Of a DNA stretch of 37,165 nucleotides, positions 1 through 9,254 are shown piece after piece. How positions within the stretch are numbered: the stretch's first letter is position 1; each line of letters opens with the position of its first letter. The notes below the pieces were generated by a model that made no database searches, had not been told where the DNA came from, and saw nothing but the letters and a program-made list of their open reading frames with translations. Source of the stretch: Nocardioides sp. (lineage in GTDB: Bacteria; Actinomycetota; Actinomycetes; Propionibacteriales; Nocardioidaceae); the NCBI GenBank assembly GCA_025965295.1, contig JAOPXF010000384.1, forward strand, positions 1-37,165, given 5' to 3'. Both the position numbers and the translations under genes were made by a program.

Positions 1-779
1 AGGTCCTCTCCGCTCGCCATGGTGCCGTGCTGGTGGTCGAGCTGAACCGCCCCAGCCGGCTCAATGCGATGACGAAGTCGCTCGTCTCCGACCTGATCCC
101 GGTGCTGGAGCAGGCCGCGGCCGACGAGGCCGTGCGTTGTGTCGTGCTCACCGGGGTGGGCCGCGGCTTCTGCGCCGGGGGAGACCTGGGCGAGATCGAC
201 GAGATCTCCTCCGAGGTGGACGTGGAGGCCGAGGAGGTCGACCTGCGCGGCCTGCACGAGAGCAGCCTGCTGCTGCACCAGATGCCCAAGCCGACCCTCG
301 CCGCCGTGAACGGTCCGTGTGCCGGGGCGGGGCTGTCCTGGGCGTGCGCGGCGGACCTGCGGATCGCCGCGGAGAGTGCCGTCTTCCGCACCTCGTTCGC
401 GTCGGCCGGCCTGACCGGCGACTTCGGCGGGACCTGGACCCTGCCCCGCATCGTCGGCGCCGGCCGGGCCCGGGAACTCTACCTGCTCAACCCGAAAATC
501 CGCGCGGATCGGGCTCTCGAGATCGGCCTCGTCTCCGAGGTCGTCCCGGACGCGCTGTTCCGCGAGCGCACGCTGGAGCTGGCCACCCAGCTGGCCGCTC
601 AGGCGCCGCTGGCGATGGCCGGCATCAAGGCCAACCTCAACGACGCGGAGACGGCGACCTTCTCCGAGCTGCTCGACGCCGAGGCGCATCGCCAGGCGAC
701 CACCACCGCCTCGCAGGACTGCGCCGAGGCCGCGGCCGCCTTCCTCGCCAAACGGGCCCCCGTCTTCTCCGGTCGCTGA
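1..779 (+). CDS. Enoyl-CoA hydratase/isomerase (crotonase) family protein, probably 5'-truncated
   Basis: LNRP..LNA, GFCAGGDL, PKPTLAAVNGPCAGAG, GLTGDFGG; frame is open back to the window edge. Confidence 0.93.
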   Translation, partial: VLSARHGAVLVVELNRPSRLNAMTKSLVSDLIPVLEQAAADEAVRCVVLTGVGRGFCAGGDLGEIDEISSEVDVEAEEVDLRGLHESSLLLHQMPKPTLAAVNGPCAGAGLSWACAADLRIAAESAVFRTSFASAGLTGDFGGTWTLPRIVGAGRARELYLLNPKIRADRALEIGLVSEVVPDALFRERTLELATQLAAQAPLAMAGIKANLNDAETATFSELLDAEAHRQATTTASQDCAEAAAAFLAKRAPVFSGR

Positions 780-804
780 CGGACGCCCGAGACCCTCGTC
801 TTAT

Positions 805-840
805 CTTGAAGTTGACGTCAACGTCATTTTCTGCTGGGAT
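805..840 (+). promoter_or_regulatory. Putative TetR operator overlapping the promoter of the ABC/ligase operon
   Basis: CTTGAAGTTGACGTCAACGTCATTT (805-829) matches 7507-7531 at 21/25; TTGACG(812)-N17-TGGGAT(835) promoter-like. Confidence 0.7.
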
Positions 841-889
841 CACGCCCAAGGTCGCGTCGTCCGACGCGCAACGCCCTCCAGGAGCTCCC

Positions 890-2068
890 GTGCCCAAGAA
901 GTCCTTCGCTCTCGCGTCGCTCAGCGTTCTCGTCCTCGGCACCCTTTCGGCCTGCGGCGGCGGGTCCGACGACGCCTCGTCCGACGGCGACTGCGTCGTC
1001 AAGATCGGCGGCATCTTCAGCCAGACCGGCGCCGCCTCGGCGTTCGGCTCGGACGGCGAGAGGGCCATCGACCTCGCCATCCAGGACGCCAACGAGGAGG
1101 GCTTCGAGGTCGACGGCAAGTCCTGCACGATCGAGTACAAGGCGACCGACCTCGCGAGCGACCCCAACAACGCCGCCTCGCTCGCCCAGGAGCTGATCAC
1201 CGGCTTCGAGGCCAAGTTCATCTTCGGGCCCGACCTTGCCGCCGCCGTGCCACCGGCCGCGACCGCGGTCCAGCGGGCCGGCGACGTCATGCAGTTCTCG
1301 GTCTCGACCGGGATGGACGCGTACGCCGGCAAGGACGAGCCGTTCTTCCGGCTCGCCCCGACCGACGTGAAGATGGTCAACGAGGGTTACATCCCCGCGG
1401 TCGCCGAGCAGCTGCCGGACGTCACCAGCATCGCGATGCTGATGACCGACGACGACACCGGCAAGGCACTCGCCGAGGGCTACACCGCCGCCTTCGAGGA
1501 GGCCGGGGTCGAGGTCACCCAGACCGAGTACTACGCCGCCACCACCACCAACTTCGCCCCGATCGTGCAGCGGATCGACGACAGCGCGCAGGGCGTCTTC
1601 ATCGGCTACAACAACGACAGCGCGGCCGCCGGGATCATGGACGCTGCCGCCGAGGCCGGGCTGCCGCCGGTGTTCATCACCCGCGGGATCTCGGCCCAGC
1701 CCGGGGTCGACCGCAGCGACGACCTGCAGGACTACACCTGGCTGGTGCTCGGCGCCGACCCGCTGTACCCCGCCAACGACGAGCAGCAGGCGTTCGTCGA
1801 CAAGTTCTCCGACGCGTTCAGCATCCCGGACGGCCGGATGACCTACTTCCCCTTCGTCCACTACGACTACGTGGGCATGCTCATCCAGGCCATGCAGGAG
1901 GCCGGCACGACGACCGACGTCGATGCGATCTCGGACGCACTGCGCGGCTCGAGCTACGAGGGCGTGGTGCCGCTGTCGTTCGACGACGAGGGCCTCAACA
2001 CCAGCCCGATGGGCCTGGGCATCCTGCGCGACGGTCAGGGCGAGGTCATCACCTTCGGCGGCGAGTGA
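890..2068 (+). CDS. Liv/HAAT-family ABC transporter substrate-binding lipoprotein
   Basis: GGAG then GTG at 890; signal peptide with lipobox LSAC; VKIGGIFSQTG typical of LivJ-like proteins. The 137 start in the ORF track is a spurious extension. Confidence 0.9.
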   Translation: MPKKSFALASLSVLVLGTLSACGGGSDDASSDGDCVVKIGGIFSQTGAASAFGSDGERAIDLAIQDANEEGFEVDGKSCTIEYKATDLASDPNNAASLAQELITGFEAKFIFGPDLAAAVPPAATAVQRAGDVMQFSVSTGMDAYAGKDEPFFRLAPTDVKMVNEGYIPAVAEQLPDVTSIAMLMTDDDTGKALAEGYTAAFEEAGVEVTQTEYYAATTTNFAPIVQRIDDSAQGVFIGYNNDSAAAGIMDAAAEAGLPPVFITRGISAQPGVDRSDDLQDYTWLVLGADPLYPANDEQQAFVDKFSDAFSIPDGRMTYFPFVHYDYVGMLIQAMQEAGTTTDVDAISDALRGSSYEGVVPLSFDDEGLNTSPMGLGILRDGQGEVITFGGE

Positions 2069-2071
2069 CCG

Positions 2072-3568
2072 ATGGACTACACCCTGGCCGAGATGGTGGG
2101 CATGATGGCCCGTTCCAAGCCCCACCACGTGGCGGCGACCGTTCTGGGCGAGGAGCCGCGGTCCCACACCTACGCCCAGGTGTGGGACCGGATCGGCGAC
2201 CTGGCCGACGCACTGGCGGGCGCCCCCGAAGGTCCGCACGGCGCCATGGTTGCCACGCTGCTCCCGAACGGGCTCGACGCCCTCGCCGCCTACCTGGCCT
2301 GCCAGGTGGCCGGCGTCGGCGCGGTGCCGCTCAACATCCGCCTCGCCGACGGCGAGCTGCAGCACATCCTGGGCGACTCGGGAGCCCGCGTGGTCCTGGC
2401 GTCGGGTCCGTACGTCGAGGTGGCCCGGCGCATCGCCGGGCCCGGTGTCAGCGTGGTCGACGCGGACGCGGTGGCGGCCGGTCCCTCCGGCCGCGACCTC
2501 GTCGCCGACGCGACGCGGGGTGACCGGGTCGCGGTCGTGTTCTACACGTCCGGGACGACCGGGCTGCCCAAGGGTGCCGCGGTCCGCAACGACGACTGGA
2601 TCGTGAACACCATGCGGTGGGGATGGCAGCTGCGCATCCAGTGGGACGAGCGGACGCTGGTGCCGGGCCCGCTCTTCCACATGTCCTACTCGAGCTTCGC
2701 CATCGCCACCTGGCTGATGGGTGGCGAGGTCCGGATCATGCCGAGCTTCACCGGCGCCGCGGCGTACGACGAGTTCTCCGGGGGCGCGACGTTCGCGTTC
2801 CTCGTGCCGTCGATGTCCCTGATGATCCACGACCACTGGGTCGCCAACGGCCGGGAGCCGATGCGGACCGCGCGCTCCATCATGACGTCGGGGGCGGCCA
2901 CCTCCCCGGACCTCGTCGAGGACATGTTCGACATGTTCCCGAACGCCACGATCCAGGAGACCTACGGCTGGACGGAGGCCGGGTTCGCCACCATGGAGGT
3001 CAAGTTCCGCGACACCGTGCGCCGCGGGACGGTCGGGTTCGCCACGATCGGCTCCGACGTCGCCGTGTTCGACGCCGACGGCGAGCCGTGCGGCCCCGGT
3101 GAGCGTGGCGAGGTCGGCATCCGCACCATCGCCAGCTCCGTCGGCTACCTCTCGCCGTCCACGGTCGGCGCCAACACCCGACGAGGGCCCTGGATCATGT
3201 CCGGCGACGTCGGGAGCTTCGACGAGGACGGCCGCCTGCGGATCGTCGACCGTCTGCACGGGATGATGATCAGCGGTGGTGAGAACGTCTATGCCGCCGA
3301 GGTCGAGCAGGTCGTCCTGCAGCACCCCGCGGTCCACGAGTGCGTGGTGATCGGCCGCCCGAGCGACCGCTGGGGCGAGGAGATCGTCGCGGTCGTCGTC
3401 ACCGAGACCGGTCAGTCGCTCTCCCGGACCGACCTGCGCACGTTCTGCCGCACCCGGCTCGCGGACTACAAGGCCCCTCGAGACCTCGTGGTGGTGGACG
3501 AGCTTCCGCGCAACTCGATGGGCAAGCTGCAGCGCTTCGAGGTCAAGCGAATCCTGGAGGCGTCGTGA
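2072..3568 (+). CDS. Acyl-CoA synthetase / AMP-dependent ligase
   Basis: YTSGTTGLPKG P-loop, YGWTE, SGD, SGGENVY, RNSMGK. Confidence 0.93.
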   Translation: MDYTLAEMVGMMARSKPHHVAATVLGEEPRSHTYAQVWDRIGDLADALAGAPEGPHGAMVATLLPNGLDALAAYLACQVAGVGAVPLNIRLADGELQHILGDSGARVVLASGPYVEVARRIAGPGVSVVDADAVAAGPSGRDLVADATRGDRVAVVFYTSGTTGLPKGAAVRNDDWIVNTMRWGWQLRIQWDERTLVPGPLFHMSYSSFAIATWLMGGEVRIMPSFTGAAAYDEFSGGATFAFLVPSMSLMIHDHWVANGREPMRTARSIMTSGAATSPDLVEDMFDMFPNATIQETYGWTEAGFATMEVKFRDTVRRGTVGFATIGSDVAVFDADGEPCGPGERGEVGIRTIASSVGYLSPSTVGANTRRGPWIMSGDVGSFDEDGRLRIVDRLHGMMISGGENVYAAEVEQVVLQHPAVHECVVIGRPSDRWGEEIVAVVVTETGQSLSRTDLRTFCRTRLADYKAPRDLVVVDELPRNSMGKLQRFEVKRILEAS

Positions 3569-4428
3569 GTGAGCTCCTGCTGACCCTGCTGCTCGGCATC
3601 ATGCAGGCGGGTCTGTACACGCTCGTGGGCCTCGGCCTCACGATCACCTTCGGGGTGACCCACATCCTCAACTTCGCGCACGGCGAGTTCGTGACGATCG
3701 GGGCGTTCGCCCTCATCGGGTTCTCGACGATGGTGGGGACCGCCGCCGCGATCCCGCTGGCGCTGCTCGTCGCGGTCGCGCTCGGCGCGCTCGTCTATCT
3801 GCTCGGCTTCGTCTTCACGATCGGCAACCACCTGCAGGGCCTGGCGTTCTCGCTCGGCCTGCTGCTCTTCACCGAGAACATCTTCCTCGAGCTCTTCTCG
3901 TCGATCCCGCGCAACGGGCCCCGGGTCGACGGGACGCTCGCCCTCCTGGGCGGCGAGCAGATCGCCTGGTCGCGCGTGGTCGTGATCATCACGACTGCCG
4001 CGCTGGTCACGGTGGCCGCGATCGCGCTGAAGCGGACGTGGGTCGGGCTCGCGCTGCGGGCCACCGGCGACGACCGGTTCGCGGCGTCCACCCTGGGGCT
4101 CTCGGCCAAGCGGGTGGGGCTCTACGCCTTCCTGGTGGCGGCGGTCCTGGCGGCCGTGGCCGGCATGTGCATCGCGTCGGTCTCGCCGGTGACCCCGGCG
4201 ATCGGGGTGAGCTACCTCCTCACCGGGTTCGTGGTCGCCATCATCGGCGGCCTCGGCTCGCCCGAGGGCGTGCTGATGGCGGCGCTCCTCCTCGGCATCG
4301 TCGAGGCACTGACGAGCCGCTACATCGATCCCTCGATGACCAGCGTCTACACGTACTCCCTGATGGTCGTCGTCCTGCTGGCGCTGCCGCAGGGGCTGTT
4401 CAACCGCAAGGTGGTCCGGGCCGGATGA
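3565..4428 (+). CDS. Liv-type ABC transporter permease (LivH-like)
   Basis: GTGA overlap with the ligase stop; GLTITFGVTHILNFAHGEF, GLALRA, IIGGLGS. Confidence 0.92.
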   Translation: MSELLLTLLLGIMQAGLYTLVGLGLTITFGVTHILNFAHGEFVTIGAFALIGFSTMVGTAAAIPLALLVAVALGALVYLLGFVFTIGNHLQGLAFSLGLLLFTENIFLELFSSIPRNGPRVDGTLALLGGEQIAWSRVVVIITTAALVTVAAIALKRTWVGLALRATGDDRFAASTLGLSAKRVGLYAFLVAAVLAAVAGMCIASVSPVTPAIGVSYLLTGFVVAIIGGLGSPEGVLMAALLLGIVEALTSRYIDPSMTSVYTYSLMVVVLLALPQGLFNRKVVRAG

Positions 4429-5390
4429 GAGCGACCGCCCTGCGCCGCTCCGGCATCGCCCTGCTCCTCGGTGTCGGCCTGGTCGCGATCGCCTCCGCGG
4501 TCCCGGACAACCGGGTGCTGCTCATGAACACCTTCCTCGCGTACGGCGCCCTGGTGCTGAGCCTCGACCTGATGGTGGGCGACCTGAACCTGCTGCCGGC
4601 TGGCCACGCGGCGTTCTTCGGGGCCGGGGGGTACGCGTCGGTGGTGCTCAACCAGGAGGCCGGCTGGCCGCTCCCGCTGGCGGGCGGCGTGGCGATCGTG
4701 GCCTGCGCCCTCGTCGCCGCCGTGATCGGCTTTCCGGTCGTCGGACGGACCGCGGGGATGTCGTTCGCGGTGGTCACCTTTGCGATCGGCGAGCTGATGG
4801 TGCAGATCATCAGCAAGTCCCCCGAGCTACTCGGCGGCACGCAGGGCCTGACGGTCACCTGGGGCGTGGGGGACGAGATGCCGTTCGGCTTCAGCATCTA
4901 CCGCTACTACTCCCTGTGGCTGGTCGCGGTCTTCGTGATGGTGATGCTGAGCGTGGTCTGGGTGCGCAGCTCCCACCTGGGCCTTCGACTCACGGCGATC
5001 CGTGACGACGAGAACGCGGCCCGCGGCCTGGGCTTCAACCCGGTCGTCTACAAGACCCTGATCTTCGCGATCGCGTCCGGCCTGGCTGCGGCGGTGGGGG
5101 TCATGTGGGCGCCGATGGTGGGCTACATCGGCCCGGACTCCATGGGCACGACGGAGTCGATCTTCCTGCTCAGCCTGCTGATCGTCGGGGGGCTGCGCTC
5201 GGTGGGCGGCGCCCTGGCGGGGGTGCTGCTTCTGATGGTCGCGCCGCTGTACTTCGAGCTGGAGCCGACGGTCCGGATCGCGATGGTCGGTGGCGCGCTT
5301 GCGATCATCGCCCTCGTCGAACCCCGGGGCATCGCCGGGCTGGCGCGGCGCGCGACCGATCGCCTACCCGTCCTGAGGAGGGCAGCATGA
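4425..5390 (+). CDS. Liv-type ABC transporter permease (LivM-like)
   Basis: ATGA overlap; GHAAFFGAGGY, GGTQGL, GLRLTAIRDDENAA. Confidence 0.92.
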   Translation: MRATALRRSGIALLLGVGLVAIASAVPDNRVLLMNTFLAYGALVLSLDLMVGDLNLLPAGHAAFFGAGGYASVVLNQEAGWPLPLAGGVAIVACALVAAVIGFPVVGRTAGMSFAVVTFAIGELMVQIISKSPELLGGTQGLTVTWGVGDEMPFGFSIYRYYSLWLVAVFVMVMLSVVWVRSSHLGLRLTAIRDDENAARGLGFNPVVYKTLIFAIASGLAAAVGVMWAPMVGYIGPDSMGTTESIFLLSLLIVGGLRSVGGALAGVLLLMVAPLYFELEPTVRIAMVGGALAIIALVEPRGIAGLARRATDRLPVLRRAA

Positions 5391-6082
5391 CGACACCGGT
5401 GCTCGAGCTGCGCGACGTGTCCGTGCGCATCGGCGGCGTCCAGATCCTCAGCGACGTCGACATGGTGGTCGGCGAGGGCGAGTGCGTGGGCGTGATCGGT
5501 CCGAACGGCGCCGGCAAGACCACCCTCTTCAACGTGACCAGCGGCTTCATGCGTCCGACGACCGGCACCGTGCTGCTCGGCGGCTCGCGCATCGACGGCG
5601 TCCGGCCGCACCGCGTCGCCCGGCTCGGCATGGTGCGCACCTTCCAGAACGTCGGCGGGTTCGGCGACCTGACGGTGCGCCAGAACCTCGTCCTCGCGAC
5701 CCGCGGTCGCCACGAGGGGCGCATCGAGCAGGCCGGGGCACTGCTGTCCCTCGACGGCTCCTGGGACATCGCGGTCAAGGACTGCTCCCTCGCCACCCGC
5801 AAGCTCGTCGGCATCGCCGTGGCGATCGTCCGGGAGCCGCGGGTCCTCCTCCTGGACGAACCACTGGCGGGGCTGGCCACCGAGGACCGCGACCACGTGG
5901 TGGAGATGATCCGCCGCGTGCACACCGAGGGCACCACGATCTGCCTCATCGAGCACGACATCCGTCGTACGCGCGCACTCGTCGACCGCCTGCTCGTCCT
6001 GGACGCGGGCCGCAAGGTGGCGGAGGGGTCCCCCGAGGAGCTCGGCGCCCGGAACGACCTCGTGGAGGCCTACCTATCATGA
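5387..6082 (+). CDS. ABC ATP-binding protein (LivG-like)
   Basis: Walker A GPNGAGKTT, RTFQ, LLLDEP, IEHD; ATGA overlap. Confidence 0.92.
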   Translation: MTTPVLELRDVSVRIGGVQILSDVDMVVGEGECVGVIGPNGAGKTTLFNVTSGFMRPTTGTVLLGGSRIDGVRPHRVARLGMVRTFQNVGGFGDLTVRQNLVLATRGRHEGRIEQAGALLSLDGSWDIAVKDCSLATRKLVGIAVAIVREPRVLLLDEPLAGLATEDRDHVVEMIRRVHTEGTTICLIEHDIRRTRALVDRLLVLDAGRKVAEGSPEELGARNDLVEAYLS

Positions 6083-6780
6083 CCATCGAAGCCCCGTTCC
6101 TCTCGGTCCGTCGGCTGTCGGTCACCTTCGGCAAGGCGATCGCGGTCGCCGACATCTCCCTCGACGTCGCCGAGGGCGAGTGCGTGGCAGTGGTCGGCGC
6201 CAACGGCGCCGGCAAGAGCACCCTCGGCAAGGCGGTGACCGGACTCGTGCACGTCTCGGGCGGGTCCGTGGAGCTCACCGGACAGCCGGTGGGTGCCGAC
6301 GCGGCCCGCCGAGGCGCGCTCTACGTCCCCGAGGGTCGGATGGTCTTCCCCCAGCTCACGGTTGAGGAGAACCTCAAGGTCGGGGCCTTCACCCAGCGCC
6401 GTCTCGGGGACTGGCGGACCCAGCGGGACGTGATGTACGACCTCGTCCCGCGGCTCGCGGAGCGCGCCCGGGTCAGGGCCGGCCTGCTGAGCGGCGGTGA
6501 GCAGCAGCTGCTGGCCATCGCCCGCGCGCTGATGGCGCGCCCGCGCCTGCTCGTGCTCGACGAGCCCTCCCTCGGGCTCTCGCCGACGGCGATCACGACC
6601 GTGACCAGGTTCCTCGGCCAGCTGCGTGTGGACACCGGCGTGACGATCCTGCTGCTCGAGCAGAACACCGCCTTCGCCGCCAGGCTGGCCGATCGCGGGC
6701 TGGTGGTGTCACTGGGCAGGGTGGAGCGCACCAGCCTGACCCAGACGCAGCTCGGTGCGATCTCGGTCGCCACCGAGTGA
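6079..6780 (+). CDS. ABC ATP-binding protein (LivF-like)
   Basis: GANGAGKST, VPEGR, LSGGEQQ, LDEPSLGL, LEQN. Confidence 0.93.
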   Translation: MTIEAPFLSVRRLSVTFGKAIAVADISLDVAEGECVAVVGANGAGKSTLGKAVTGLVHVSGGSVELTGQPVGADAARRGALYVPEGRMVFPQLTVEENLKVGAFTQRRLGDWRTQRDVMYDLVPRLAERARVRAGLLSGGEQQLLAIARALMARPRLLVLDEPSLGLSPTAITTVTRFLGQLRVDTGVTILLLEQNTAFAARLADRGLVVSLGRVERTSLTQTQLGAISVATE

Positions 6781-6795
6781 GGGGTCCGGCGGGTG

Positions 6796-7446
6796 TCAGT
6801 GCTGCTCGTCCATCTGCAGCGCGTTCGCCCACAGCCGGGTGAGGTTCTCGACGGCGGTCTCGAAGTCGTAGGACTCGCCCTGCCCGAACCACGTGTAGGC
6901 GAAGCGGTGCACCATGCTCGTGAGGGCGCGGGCGGCGTACCTCGGGTCGAGGCGGGTGTCCGCGCGGCCCTCGGCCTGCAGCCGGGCGATCTGGCGCTCG
7001 CTGCGGGACACGAACCTCTCCATGCCGAGCCGGAGTCGCTCGGCGGCTCCCTCGTTGAAGGTCGCCAGCTCCTCCCAGATCGAGATGATCCGCCCGTTGT
7101 CGCGGTAGACCTTGAGGTACTCGCGGTTGGTCCGCTCGAGACGCTCGTAGGCCGTGGGCACCGACTCGTCGGCCGGGGCCACCTGTTCGGGCCGATCGTG
7201 GAAGAGGTCGGCGATCATCCCGTCGACGAGGGCCAGGAAGATCGTCTCCTTGCCGTCGAAGTAGGTGTAGAAGGTGCCGTGCGAGACCTTCGCGCCGTCC
7301 GCGATGTCCGTGATCCGGGCGTTGTGGAAGCCGTCCCGCTCGAACACCGTGCGCGCGGACGCCAGCAGGGCGGCCTTGGTGCGCCGCGCGCGCGGGGTCA
7401 GCGGCGAAGCCGGCGCCACGTCGTCGGTGCTGGGAGTGCGTGCCAC
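6796..7446 (-). CDS. TetR/AcrR family transcriptional regulator
   Basis: HTH: FERDGFHNARITDIADGAKVSHGTFYTYFDGK; GAGGAGG RBS before the GTG. Confidence 0.95.
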   Translation of the reverse strand: MARTPSTDDVAPASPLTPRARRTKAALLASARTVFERDGFHNARITDIADGAKVSHGTFYTYFDGKETIFLALVDGMIADLFHDRPEQVAPADESVPTAYERLERTNREYLKVYRDNGRIISIWEELATFNEGAAERLRLGMERFVSRSERQIARLQAEGRADTRLDPRYAARALTSMVHRFAYTWFGQGESYDFETAVENLTRLWANALQMDEQH

Positions 7447-7506
7447 GGAACCTCCTCGGTCGTTCGGCGAGTCACCCTAATGGACGGTCCACAGTGTACC
7501 CCAACA

Positions 7507-7536
7507 CTTGAAATTGACGTCGATGTCAATTAACGT
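7507..7536. promoter_or_regulatory. Near-perfect palindromic operator in the tetR/crotonase divergent promoter
   Basis: AATTGACGTCGATGTCAATT (7512-7531) lies across TTGAAA(7508)-N17-TAACGT(7531); minus-strand TACACT at 7493-7498 for tetR. Confidence 0.8.
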
Positions 7537-7572
7537 GATGAGGGCGCACCCGGCGCCGGACAGCGAGGCGAG

Positions 7573-8370
7573 ATGACGTACCAGAGCATTGAGGTCCAGC
7601 GCCACGACCGGGTCCGTTGGGTGACGTTGAACCGCCCCCAGGTGCTGAACGCCTACGACTCGAGCATGTGTCGCGAGCTCGCCGCGGAACTCGTCGACTA
7701 CCAGCGCTGCGACGAGGACCGGGTCCTGGTGCTGACGGGTGCGGGTCGCGCCTTCAGCGCGGGCGGCGACATCCGCTCAGCCGAGGAGGCCGAGGAGGGG
7801 GAGACCCGCCAGCTCGGTCACGCCATGGTGATGCGCGAGGGCATGCATGCCGTCAACCGGCTGCTGTACGGCCTCGACAAGCCGACCATCGCCCTCGTCA
7901 ACGGTGTCGCCGTCGCCGGGGGGCTGACGCTCGCCCTGCTCTGCGACTTCCGCATCGCCGGCGCGAGCGCCCGGCTGGGTGACACCAGCGGTCGCTTCGG
8001 ACTGCTTCCCGACGAGGGAGGAGCCTGGATCTTCCCGCGGGTGATGGGCCACGAGGCCGCCCTGCGGATGACCCTGCTCGGTGAGCTGTACGACGCGGAG
8101 GAGGCCCTGCGCCTGGGACTGGTGTCCGAGGTCGTGCCCGACGACGACCTCGCCGCCCGGGGCGACGAGCTGGCCGCCCAGTTGGCCGCACAGGCTCCGC
8201 TGGCGGTGCGTCTGGCGAAGCGGATGATGCGGCGCGGCCGGTCGCAGACGTTCGACGACGCCCTCGGCGACGCGGAGTACGCCGTCGACATCGCCAACGA
8301 CAGCGCGGACGTCCACGAGGGCGTGGCCGCGTTCGTCGAGCGCCGACCGCCCCTGTTCACCGGTGGCTGA
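7573..8370 (+). CDS. Enoyl-CoA hydratase/isomerase family protein
   Basis: LNRPQVLNA, AFSAGGDI, DKPTIALVNG, GLLPDEGG. Confidence 0.93.
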   Translation: MTYQSIEVQRHDRVRWVTLNRPQVLNAYDSSMCRELAAELVDYQRCDEDRVLVLTGAGRAFSAGGDIRSAEEAEEGETRQLGHAMVMREGMHAVNRLLYGLDKPTIALVNGVAVAGGLTLALLCDFRIAGASARLGDTSGRFGLLPDEGGAWIFPRVMGHEAALRMTLLGELYDAEEALRLGLVSEVVPDDDLAARGDELAAQLAAQAPLAVRLAKRMMRRGRSQTFDDALGDAEYAVDIANDSADVHEGVAAFVERRPPLFTGG

Positions 8371-8397
8371 GCCCACTCGTCCCGCCCGCTGGATCCG

Positions 8398-9234
8398 GTG
8401 ACGATGGACCTCAGGGGCAAGTCCGTGATCGTCACCGGCGCGGCAGGCGGGATAGGGGCGGCGATCGCCGACCGCGCCCTCGCGCGGGGCGCACGCGTGA
8501 CGCTGAGCGACCTGGCACCCCTGCCTCTGGAGCTCACCGCCCGCGACCTCGACGCCCGACACCCCGGCCAGGTCGCGAACCTGGCCGGTGACGCCGCCGA
8601 CGCGGAGACCATCGAGGCCCTGGTCCGGCTGGCCATTCAGCGCTTCGGGTCGGTCGACGTCTACGTCGCGAACGCCGGTGTCTTCCGCGGGTTCGGGCTC
8701 GAGGCGGCCGAGGACGAGTGGGCGGCGTCGTGGGAGGTCAACGTGATGGCGCACGTGCGGGCCGCACGGGTGCTCGTCCCGCTCTGGCAGGAGTCGGCGA
8801 CCGGTGGCTGCTTCGCCGTCACGGCGTCCGCCGCCGGCCTGCTCACCCAGATCGGCTCGCCCGTCTACTCCACAACCAAGCACGCCGCCGTGGGCTTCGC
8901 GGAGTGGCTCGCCGCGACGTACGGCGATCGCGGCGTGCAGGTCTGCTGCCTGTGTCCGATGGGGGTACGCACCCCCATGGTGGAGTCGGCCTCCGGCAGC
9001 GAGGACGCCGAGGCCCGGCTGGGCATGGCGGCCGTGACGAGCGCGGGCGTGGTGCTGGAGCCCGCCTTCGTCGCCGACGTCCTGGTGGACGCGATCGAGC
9101 ACGGCCACTTCCTCGCCGTCCCCCATCCCGAGGTCCTCGACATGTTCCGCGCCAAGGCCTCCGACCACGACCGGTGGCTCTCCGGCATGCGCCGCTACCG
9201 ACAGACCCTCATCCCCGACGGCACAGCGCCGTGA
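8398..9234 (+). CDS. Short-chain dehydrogenase/reductase
   Basis: TGAAGGIG, NAG, TASAAG, YSTTK; start may be ATG 8404. Confidence 0.93.
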   Translation: MTMDLRGKSVIVTGAAGGIGAAIADRALARGARVTLSDLAPLPLELTARDLDARHPGQVANLAGDAADAETIEALVRLAIQRFGSVDVYVANAGVFRGFGLEAAEDEWAASWEVNVMAHVRAARVLVPLWQESATGGCFAVTASAAGLLTQIGSPVYSTTKHAAVGFAEWLAATYGDRGVQVCCLCPMGVRTPMVESASGSEDAEARLGMAAVTSAGVVLEPAFVADVLVDAIEHGHFLAVPHPEVLDMFRAKASDHDRWLSGMRRYRQTLIPDGTAP

Positions 9235-9254
9235 CGGCAGCCGAAGGAACCGTG

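Noticed and set aside
824-3337. 837-aa minus-strand ORF and similar long antisense ORFs (11325-13187, 17805-19499, 22286-24604, 34262-36181)
   Set aside because: Shadow ORFs of high-GC genes; no motifs, and they overlap well-supported plus-strand CDSs
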